DNA of 64,000 bases from a virus, in IMG/VR virus record IMGVR_UViG_3300021964_000041, positions 1 to 64,000 of that record; one strand, written 5' to 3'. Both the position numbers and the translations under genes were made by a program. Each line of letters opens with the position of its first letter. Positions within the stretch are counted from its first letter, which is position 1. Below the pieces are notes generated by a model that made no database searches, was not told the origin of the DNA, and worked only from the letters and a program-made list of their open reading frames with translations. Positions 56,501 to 64,000 of the stretch are shown here, piece by piece.

Positions 56501-59500
56501 CGGTGGCTTATCAGAACTTGTATCGGTGTTTACATACTATTGTCATATTGGTTATTTGAGTGAATCAGGTGGTAAGATTCGTGCTACAAACGGTAACAAC
56601 TCTTATGGTGACTTTGGGTCTGTTGCAGAAGGTTACGATTTATTAGAAACCCCAATTACAGCAAGTGTAAACAACAGAGATAATGAAGCATCAGTAGCAA
56701 ATGTTTTAACTGATTTAGATAATGAAATTTATTTCTTTGGTTACTCACATGCTGGTCAAAGTTACACAACAGCAGATATTGATGCTTTTTCAGGAACAGG
56801 TTCAAATCTAGAAGCAGAATTTAAAGAATTTAGAAATAAAGCACTATCGCAAGTTCGTGTGCTTGATCCAGGTGATTCAACAACTCCTGGAGGTAGAGGA
56901 TTTAGTATTACTACAGGACAAGCACAAGGCGGAACTAGTTCTGGAATAATTACTTTAAGTGCTACAGATACTGTAGAAGATAGTAGTGGTGTATATGATG
57001 GCAAACGTATCTTTATTACACAAGGTAAAGGTAAAGGACAGTATGGTTATATTCAATCATATGATCCTTCTACAAAAATTGCATACGTACTAAGAGAAAG
57101 TGACGGATTACCTGGATGGGATCATTGGATTCCAGGAACACCGATTGAAGCAAATCTAGGCGATACAGCATTTTATCAAATTGAACCAAGGGTTGAATTT
57201 AATAAACCACCTTTTGCAACACAATCAATTAACGTTAACACACCATTAGATTATAGTAGTGTTGTATATGGTGGCGGAAGATATGTTGCTGTTGCACAAA
57301 GTAGTTTTGGATCACCAGGTACGCCACAATTTATTTACAGTACAGACGGAACTTCGTGGAGTTCAGGAAATATTGATGGACAGAATCTACCACAAAATTC
57401 AGGAACATGGTCATGGCAGGACATCGACTACGGCGGCGGCAAATTTGTTGCTGTTGCTAGAGAAGGTATTGTTGCAGTATCCAGTGATGGCGAAAACTGG
57501 ACTTGTTATGAAGTAACAAATGACAGTTCTACAGTTACAACAAGGCACATTGCATACGGTGATAACCCAACTATTGAACAAACATTTAAAGTTACAGTTT
57601 CTGTGCCAGGCGATAATCCACTTTACCACTTTGATAGTGCTGTTAATACTGCACCAGATATTTCTGTTGTTGAAGGTAACACATATACTTTCCAACAAAA
57701 TGACACTTCAAACACAGGTTGTCCGATATATTTCAGTACAACACCTGAAGGAATAAACGGTGGCGGCAGTGCATTTACAGAAGGCGTAAAATATTTCTTA
57801 AACAATGTTCAAGTTTCAGACTTACAAGCCTATGCCGCTGGTTTTAATACAGCAAACACTAGAAAAGTTACTTGGACAGTGCCAAATTCATTGGTAGGAA
57901 CAAATTTATATTATGTAAACTACAACAGCACAGGATCAGGTGTACAAACAGATAGTTCATATGCTGTTGTTAGAGTTGACGGACGTAGTGAATGGCTAGT
58001 TACAGCAGACGGTTCTCCAGAATATTTTCAAAGTTTAGATGGAGGTAATACATGGACACTGGGTAATTTACCTTCGTATCAATCATATGACGGTGGTGTT
58101 AAAGCAATGGCATATGGTGCTGGTAAATTTGTTGCAGTATCCGGCGACTGGGATTCAAGTAAACAGAGAATTTATACTAAAACTCCTGGTAACACTGATT
58201 GGCTAGAAAATTTTGAACAAACTACAAACATGTCTAACATGACTAGTTTAGAATTCGGTAACAATATTTTTATTGGTACTGTTGCAGGAAGTGACAGTGT
58301 ATGGATAAATCCAAAAGCCGGCAACGGAGCATTCTATGAACAAACTAATGTATTACCTACAACAGGTAATTGGACAGTAGGTTATGGTCAAGGTGTTTAT
58401 GTAGCATTTAAACCAAACACTAATGAATTTGCAATAAGTGAAAATGGTATAGTATGGGAAGCAAAAACATTACCAACAAGTGCTAACTGGACAACAATTG
58501 GTATTGGTACTCCTAATAATTCTTGTAAATTTGTATTACTAGGTAGTGGTAATCCTTTACAAGGTAGTGGCGAAGTAAATGCTGTTGTGGTTCAAGCAGG
58601 ACGTAGACCATTTGCTAGAATGTTTGTAAGAAATACAAGAGCAAGTGAATTTTGGATTTATGATCCAGGTTCAGGATACGAACAGGATCTTGCAAACTCA
58701 GTAAACAATGCTGTAATTACATTTGGCAGAAATACTGCCGATGATGCAGATGTTTATACAATTGACGGTGTAGAAAATCCTGCACTTACTTTAACTGAAG
58801 GTAGAAAATACGTTTATGATCTAAGCGACACATCATTAACAAACTATGGCGGCGCAGTTGTAGAAGGCGAAGTAGAAGACAATCCACATCCGTTCTTGTT
58901 CTATAGTGATGCGGCAAAAACAACAGTGTATGAAGACAATGTAATTTATAGATTAGGATCAACAATAGTTTCAAGAGCAACTTATCTTGCAGACTTCGCG
59001 GCCACTTTAACACGCTCAATTGAAATTGAAATTCAGTATGATGCTCCAAGCACATTGTACTATGGAAGTTCAGAAGATGCCGGCGTACAAACAATTACTA
59101 TTGAAGAAACAGACGATCTAAGTATGACAGTGAGTGATCCATTAGCGACAGCAGATCCTTATGTTAAACTAAGAATTGCTAATGGTGTTTTACCTCAACC
59201 ATCATTTAGAAACAGAGGTACTAAATTTAGAAGTGCAACAGCAAGTGTTACAGGTGATGGATTTGCTGATTCTTTCCAAATTGGTAACAAAATCAAAGTA
59301 ACAGACTTAACTAGAGAACCTGGACCAGGTGCTAACTTACAGGTTACAGGAATTGATGGTGTAATTTATCTAGTAACTAAAGTAACAAATATTACTGGAA
59401 CAGAACCAAATCTTTCTGCAACAATACAAATTAGTCCAACAATGGGAGTTGATGAATCACCAACACATGATACTTCAATTACTATTCGTGAATCATACAG

Positions 59501-60170
59501 TCAGGTACGTTTAACATTCCATGACTTCCTAGATATTGGTACTGGTAATAAAAATTCAACACGTTATCCTTTAAGATACCTAGAAGGTTACACTGATGCT
59601 GATGCTAATACTGTAAAACAAAATCAAGAAACAGACTTCAGTGATGGTGGTAGAGTGTTCTACTCAAGTACAGACCAAGATGGTAACTTTAGGGTGGGTG
59701 AACTATTTGAAGTTGAGCAGGCATCGGGTATTATTACTATTAATGCTGATCAGTTTGACTTATCAGGATTAACAGAATTATCATTAGGTGGAGTAACACT
59801 TGGTGGTACAGGTGCTGTTATTAGAGAATTTAGTATTGACCCACTGTTTACTGCAAACAGTGATAGCATTGTTCCAACACAAAAAGCAGTAGCGGCATAC
59901 GTTAAATCACGTATTACTGGTGGTGGTTCTAGTGTTAATGTTAACAAAGTAACTGCTGGTGTTATTACATCGGGTGATAGCGGACAAGGACTTGAAACAA
60001 CTGATGGTAGTACAATACAAATGAAAGCAAAAGTATCATTTGAAGGCGGAGTAGGCGGGGATATGGCGGCTAGAGCGTTCTTTGCATTTGGTACAGATGT
60101 TGCTATATCAGACGATTTTGGCGGTACAGACGAAGGTGGAGGAGACTATCAAGATGGCTTTGGCGGATAA
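53571..60170 (+). CDS. Large virion fibre / adhesin: CBM5/12-like W...Y..GDVV repeats, cupredoxin-like domains, beta-helix, Asp-box propeller
   Basis: 2199 aa. Many W.G.W.....Y..GDVVRYGG..Y.C...H.S repeats; S.DG..W Asp-boxes; TAAATA at 53550-55. Confidence 0.8.
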   Translation: MAQFKLDRFTYKYRNDWTSGVAYALDDIVTVNGNVYYCTKAHTSNEDFYFDFLYDFTYPAPYSASDNINAAFDFSANVGGENTTVDGTGIQFQIVRRGDKYSVTLTDGGRNYVSKEYFKVPGDQLGGVRGVNDAIVTVATVDNVTQNNLVVPGVVQSLTVTGTAAITKWELMSEGYSWKGAWQPSTSVTKQDENGNDVITITPNLYYINDLVEREGNIYRCTQGHQALVDADFGLSQNLQYWTLHVFGSHWEGNWTGLNAYQVGDVVRAGGTVWRCTTAHTSGTNVSGLAGDQGNWQQVTTSNDWLNEWLPTQNYRPNDVVRYGGYLYRCNSQHTSTNNFENELDTEGWWDLVVPGIEYKGTWTAPTAHAVDGVANTTKWKLGDLIRYSQEVYVCTQTHTVTGTDVEADDPLFKDYTSNWQLYVAGMAYEDQWDETVNYQPGDIVMYGGYTYYCKTFNFSANPSTEINDWEILSEWYNFKNDWSEITVYKVGDVVRNNGYLYWAVTDNTGEKPDSGQVDTIKVTVGNPGSGNRYYWDGNLHPNQTFIRGNTYVFDQSHPTNDGHPIYPADAENGFLNTAVGGNELFTGVQTTYILDDQIIDTLENYNAGFNAATVRQVRVKIEPDAPATFYFACYNHLNMSGSQIISVGGSTYWDLLMPGVSFRGPWDDFNADSSINLYELGDVALWAGTAYQCIRSHRSDATDSRPDVDARKDIPVYWKVYVQGIRTNVLARPGDIKSFSADSNIRIPIGDLGTVLKGLPQTNADSSLGQGPQWQLLGASTKNYYVSLSGVDATDKGASKENPFRTVKYALDYILADEANRAPATVFVATGEYEEQLPLKIPSNVAVVGDELRSTRIKPRPGKEGVDMFHVRNGCGIRNMTLSGLVGTLGSPNEFGTKRPVGGGPSFVSLDPGTGPTDETVWVTNKSTYVQNVSTFGTACVGMKVDGGLHQGGNKSIVANDFTQVISGGIGMWIANGGLSELVSVFTYYCHIGYLSESGGKIRATNGNNSYGDFGSVAEGYDLLETPITASVNNRDNEASVANVLTDLDNEIYFFGYSHAGQSYTTADIDAFSGTGSNLEAEFKEFRNKALSQVRVLDPGDSTTPGGRGFSITTGQAQGGTSSGIITLSATDTVEDSSGVYDGKRIFITQGKGKGQYGYIQSYDPSTKIAYVLRESDGLPGWDHWIPGTPIEANLGDTAFYQIEPRVEFNKPPFATQSINVNTPLDYSSVVYGGGRYVAVAQSSFGSPGTPQFIYSTDGTSWSSGNIDGQNLPQNSGTWSWQDIDYGGGKFVAVAREGIVAVSSDGENWTCYEVTNDSSTVTTRHIAYGDNPTIEQTFKVTVSVPGDNPLYHFDSAVNTAPDISVVEGNTYTFQQNDTSNTGCPIYFSTTPEGINGGGSAFTEGVKYFLNNVQVSDLQAYAAGFNTANTRKVTWTVPNSLVGTNLYYVNYNSTGSGVQTDSSYAVVRVDGRSEWLVTADGSPEYFQSLDGGNTWTLGNLPSYQSYDGGVKAMAYGAGKFVAVSGDWDSSKQRIYTKTPGNTDWLENFEQTTNMSNMTSLEFGNNIFIGTVAGSDSVWINPKAGNGAFYEQTNVLPTTGNWTVGYGQGVYVAFKPNTNEFAISENGIVWEAKTLPTSANWTTIGIGTPNNSCKFVLLGSGNPLQGSGEVNAVVVQAGRRPFARMFVRNTRASEFWIYDPGSGYEQDLANSVNNAVITFGRNTADDADVYTIDGVENPALTLTEGRKYVYDLSDTSLTNYGGAVVEGEVEDNPHPFLFYSDAAKTTVYEDNVIYRLGSTIVSRATYLADFAATLTRSIEIEIQYDAPSTLYYGSSEDAGVQTITIEETDDLSMTVSDPLATADPYVKLRIANGVLPQPSFRNRGTKFRSATASVTGDGFADSFQIGNKIKVTDLTREPGPGANLQVTGIDGVIYLVTKVTNITGTEPNLSATIQISPTMGVDESPTHDTSITIRESYSQVRLTFHDFLDIGTGNKNSTRYPLRYLEGYTDADANTVKQNQETDFSDGGRVFYSSTDQDGNFRVGELFEVEQASGIITINADQFDLSGLTELSLGGVTLGGTGAVIREFSIDPLFTANSDSIVPTQKAVAAYVKSRITGGGSSVNVNKVTAGVITSGDSGQGLETTDGSTIQMKAKVSFEGGVGGDMAARAFFAFGTDVAISDDFGGTDEGGGDYQDGFGG

Positions 60171-60202
60171 TATAATAAATAACTACAATATCGGAGCAAA
60201 AC

Positions 60203-63200
60203 ATGGCTGAATTTCTATTAGGAAGAATTAAATTTGTCTGGAAAGGTAACTGGACTACTGGTACTGCATACGTTAAAGATGACGTTGTAAGGCACGGTGG
60301 TAAGGTATACATTTGTATTGCGGCACACACTGCGGATGCAGATTTTTACACTGATCTAGAAAATCAAACACCAAGATGGAACATCTTTGCAGACGGCCAA
60401 GAATGGAAGGGTGACTGGGCAATCAACACTGTTTACAAAGCAGGTGATGTTGTCAAATACGGTGGTTACTTATATATTGCAAACAACGGCCATACTTCAG
60501 CAGATACAATCACAAAAGGTTTAGAATTTAATCAAGGTGATTGGGATACATATTCAGAATTTTTTGATTACAAAAGTGACTGGGCAATTAGCACACGTTA
60601 CAAAGTAAACGATATTGTAAAATACGGTGGTACAGTTTATGTTTGTACCGACGATCATACATCAGCATCAACTGCTACAAGCGACGATGATGGATTAGAA
60701 TCAGACAACGACGGTAAAGCACTTACAATTGATTCGATTTCAAATGCAGATGCTAGTCGTTCACAAGGAACTTACAATAATATTATTCCTACAGGCGGTA
60801 CTGGTACAGGATTAATTGTAAATGTTGTTGTTGACAACATTGGCGGACTTGCTATATCAATTACAGATAACGGTAGTGGTTATAGAGTAGGTGATACATT
60901 GAGTATTCCAGATGCAAGCCTAGGCGGTGGTGGCGCGGCAAACGTAAGTTTTGCTATTGCTTCTGTTGCAGATAGATGGAATATTTTTAGTGAAGGCTTT
61001 GAATGGAAAAACAACTGGCAAGTAAGCACAAGATATAAATTAAATGATCTAGTAAAATACGGCGGACAAATTTACGTTTGTATTCAAGGACATAAATCCT
61101 CTGTTGATTTAGCAGGCGGGTTAGAAGAAGATCAAGCAAAATGGCAACACTTCCACAAAGGTATTGAATATAGACAAACCTGGCAAACAGGTGTAAGATA
61201 TAGAGTAAATGACATTGTAAAATATGGTGCAAATATTTGGATTTGTACAGGCGCTCATACAGCGACAAATAGTTTTGCAACAGACGAATCAAACTGGTCA
61301 ATCTTTGTACCAGGTTTAGAATACGAAGATAATTGGAATAACGGAACAGTATATCAACCTGGTGACATTGTAACTTACGGTGGCTATTCTTATATAGCAT
61401 TAACCAATCACAGTGGTCGCCCGCCATACGCAAATGCATCAGATTGGAAACTGTACTTAAAAGGATATAACTTTAGAGGCGACTATGCAGATGATTCGAC
61501 CCTACAAGACTATCTAGTAGGCGATGTTGTTAGACTAGGTGGATACACTTATATGTGTATTCAAGATCATCAAGGTGTTGCAAAAAATCCTGCAAGTGAA
61601 ACTACTTTCTGGACAAGACTAAATGAAGGTTTTGCTTGGAAAGGTGACTGGACAAACATTACAGATTATGTATTAGGTGATGTTGTATACTATGGCGTAA
61701 ACTCATACGTAGTAATTCAAGCACACCAATCAAACCAAGCAATTGGTCAAAAGCGTCCTGACTTAGATGTTTCAGGTACCTACTATAAATTGTTAGCAGG
61801 TGGTGCTGAAGGTTCTAACTTAACAACAGACGGTGACATATTAATTTATAATGGTGCAGGTCCTGCACGTTTACCAATTGGTGAAGAAGGACAAATACTA
61901 ACAGTTGACACAACTGGATTACCAGCATGGAAATACTGGGGTAGAACAGACCATGTTTATTATGTTGGTCCTGATGGTGTTGACGGGACATATCCAAGTT
62001 ATGGTTCAACACTAGACAGACCATTTAAATCTGTAAGATATGCTTGTGACGCAATTGAAAAAGGTGTACTAAGACCTAACGCAACAAACTTATTAAAAGA
62101 AAATAGACAGTTTATTCAACGTGAAGCAGTTGAATGGGTTGACTATCAAATAGCAAATACCATTGCTCCATTTACTGGATCATTCAGTTACGATAAAGAC
62201 AAGTGTTACCGTGATGTAGGTATTATGGTTGACGCTATTATCTGGGATTTATCACATGGTGGTAATACAGAATCAAGAAAAGCGGCGTTTGCTTACTTTA
62301 CAAAAGCAGGCGTAAGTTATGTAGCAGGACAAGAAGATGAAACTGTTGCGGCACTTAACTATGCTAAAACTGTAATTGATGCAATTATTAGTAATTTAGA
62401 TCCTGCAACAAATTATCAAACTGAAAACAGTTATACACCTGCTGTTACACAAAGAAAAAACAGCAAAGTTGAGGAAGCAGAAGCACAAAGTATTATTGAT
62501 AGTCTAGTTGCAATAGTAACAGATGCTATCACAGCAGGAGCAGATACTAGTATTCCTGTAGAAGAACAAGTACAAAAAACAGTATTTGTTAAAACAGGTG
62601 AATATAAAGAAGTACTTCCAATTAGAGTACCGGCTAACACTGCTGTTGTTGGTGACGAACTACGTTCAACAAGAATTAAACCAAGCACAGCAGATGATTA
62701 CACTCAAAGATCAGATGTAGAATATAGTGTAGCAGGTATTACAAGAGTAAAAGATCTATTAAGCAATATTATTATAGGTAGTGCGGTTACAAAAACTGGC
62801 ACAAACACACAATCACAGGTACAAGCATTACCATACGGTTCAGCAACTGAAGGTACTGCGGCAGTAGCAAAACTACAACATGTTATTGATTATATCAATT
62901 ACTATGCAGGCAATGACTCACAAGATTCAACTGCACCTACAATGACAACAGGGCAGACAACTGCAAGTGTTATTAGTGCAACTAAAGCAAATCCAGTTAT
63001 AATCGAAACAAGTACAGCACATGGTCTATATGATAGAGCATTAGTAAACATTAAAAATATTAATGGTATGATCGAATTAAACGATCGAATGTATTATGTT
63101 GATGTATTAACAACAACTACTTTTGCACTTTACGAAGATTATAAAATGACAGTAGGTGTAGATGGAACAGGATACGAAGCATACACAAGCGGCGGTACTG

Positions 63201-64000
63201 CATACTGGAATGGTAACGTAAGAAGTTCAGATCAGAATGCACACAATGCGGCTAGACAGTTGTTATTAAACAAAGAATTTTTAGCAGAAGAAGCAACTGC
63301 TTATATTACAGCAACTTATCCAAGTTACACTTACAGTGTAGCAAGTTGTAAAGACGATGTAAGAGATTATATCGATGCTGTAATTTATGATTTAGTTTAC
63401 GGCGGAACTTATGCTTCACACTTTGCGGCAAGATTTTATTCAAATGCTGTTGAAGGTTCAGTTACAGAAGATATGTTCTACTTGAGAAATGGTTGTGGAT
63501 TACGTAACTGTTCACTAAATGGATTGACTGGCGTATTAGGAAGTGCAAATGCATATGGCACTAAACGTCCAACAGCAGGTGCATTTACATCACTAGATCC
63601 AGGTTGGGGTCCAGCAGATGATAGAACATGGATTATTAACAAATCACCTTACATTCAAAACGTATCAAACTTTGGTACTGCGGCAGTAGGTTGTAAAATT
63701 GATGGTGCATTACATGATAGCGGTAATGACTCAATTGTATCCAACGACTTTACACAAATTATTTCCGATGGTATTGGTGTATGGTGTACTAACTTAGGTA
63801 GAACAGAACTTGTTTCTGTGTTCTCATACTATGGACACATTGGTTACCTTGCAGAAAACGGCGGTAAGATTCGTGCTACAAACGGTAACTCATCTTACGG
63901 TACATTTGGTTGTGTTGCTGAAGGTGTTGATGCAACAGAAACAGTTATTGATGGTACAGTTAACAACAGATATTCAGAAGCATTAATTGGCGAAGTACTA
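60203..64000 (+). CDS. Large virion fibre / adhesin, paralogue of 53571-60170, truncated at window end (MAEFLLGRIKFVWKGNW...)
   Basis: Not in the ORF track because there is no stop in the window. TAAATA 60176-81, GGAG SD, ATG 60203; hand-translated segments show the same repeats plus VVGDELRSTRIKP and SIVSNDFTQ motifs in frame to 64000. Confidence 0.85.
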   Translation, partial: MAEFLLGRIKFVWKGNWTTGTAYVKDDVVRHGGKVYICIAAHTADADFYTDLENQTPRWNIFADGQEWKGDWAINTVYKAGDVVKYGGYLYIANNGHTSADTITKGLEFNQGDWDTYSEFFDYKSDWAISTRYKVNDIVKYGGTVYVCTDDHTSASTATSDDDGLESDNDGKALTIDSISNADASRSQGTYNNIIPTGGTGTGLIVNVVVDNIGGLAISITDNGSGYRVGDTLSIPDASLGGGGAANVSFAIASVADRWNIFSEGFEWKNNWQVSTRYKLNDLVKYGGQIYVCIQGHKSSVDLAGGLEEDQAKWQHFHKGIEYRQTWQTGVRYRVNDIVKYGANIWICTGAHTATNSFATDESNWSIFVPGLEYEDNWNNGTVYQPGDIVTYGGYSYIALTNHSGRPPYANASDWKLYLKGYNFRGDYADDSTLQDYLVGDVVRLGGYTYMCIQDHQGVAKNPASETTFWTRLNEGFAWKGDWTNITDYVLGDVVYYGVNSYVVIQAHQSNQAIGQKRPDLDVSGTYYKLLAGGAEGSNLTTDGDILIYNGAGPARLPIGEEGQILTVDTTGLPAWKYWGRTDHVYYVGPDGVDGTYPSYGSTLDRPFKSVRYACDAIEKGVLRPNATNLLKENRQFIQREAVEWVDYQIANTIAPFTGSFSYDKDKCYRDVGIMVDAIIWDLSHGGNTESRKAAFAYFTKAGVSYVAGQEDETVAALNYAKTVIDAIISNLDPATNYQTENSYTPAVTQRKNSKVEEAEAQSIIDSLVAIVTDAITAGADTSIPVEEQVQKTVFVKTGEYKEVLPIRVPANTAVVGDELRSTRIKPSTADDYTQRSDVEYSVAGITRVKDLLSNIIIGSAVTKTGTNTQSQVQALPYGSATEGTAAVAKLQHVIDYINYYAGNDSQDSTAPTMTTGQTTASVISATKANPVIIETSTAHGLYDRALVNIKNINGMIELNDRMYYVDVLTTTTFALYEDYKMTVGVDGTGYEAYTSGGTAYWNGNVRSSDQNAHNAARQLLLNKEFLAEEATAYITATYPSYTYSVASCKDDVRDYIDAVIYDLVYGGTYASHFAARFYSNAVEGSVTEDMFYLRNGCGLRNCSLNGLTGVLGSANAYGTKRPTAGAFTSLDPGWGPADDRTWIINKSPYIQNVSNFGTAAVGCKIDGALHDSGNDSIVSNDFTQIISDGIGVWCTNLGRTELVSVFSYYGHIGYLAENGGKIRATNGNSSYGTFGCVAEGVDATETVIDGTVNNRYSEALIGEVL

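Noticed and set aside
1-64000. Stop-codon reassignment, as seen in some large phages
   Set aside because: The standard code gives full-length, densely packed genes including a 13.9-kb ORF, and TAG is used as a real stop (e.g. 35294, 48181, 52856).

Overview
64 kb of an AT-rich, large myophage genome distantly related to T4 (structural core), with no host genes. Left arm (minus strand, 1-31.3 kb): three paralogous fibre/collar proteins, a 4637-aa baseplate protein, and gp6-, gp25-, gp5-, hub-, gp53- and tube-initiator-like genes. Centre (plus strand): gp55 late sigma factor, gp47/gp46 (Mre11/Rad50), a small basic protein and a stand-alone GIY-YIG domain, followed by a ~430-510 nt GC-enriched, highly self-complementary non-coding element (35745-36256) that looks like a large structured RNA. 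Next comes a gp26-like chaperone pair joined by a likely -1 frameshift. Right arm (plus strand): tape-measure-like gene, gp20 portal, a glycosyltransferase-like gene, core/gp21/gp22/gp23 head genes, and large virion fibre proteins running off the end. Late promoters have a TAAATA core, often exactly 5 nt before an SD-less ATG. The best candidate for a new system is the GIY-YIG plus large structured RNA cassette. All family assignments come from motifs recognised by eye; no searches were run.
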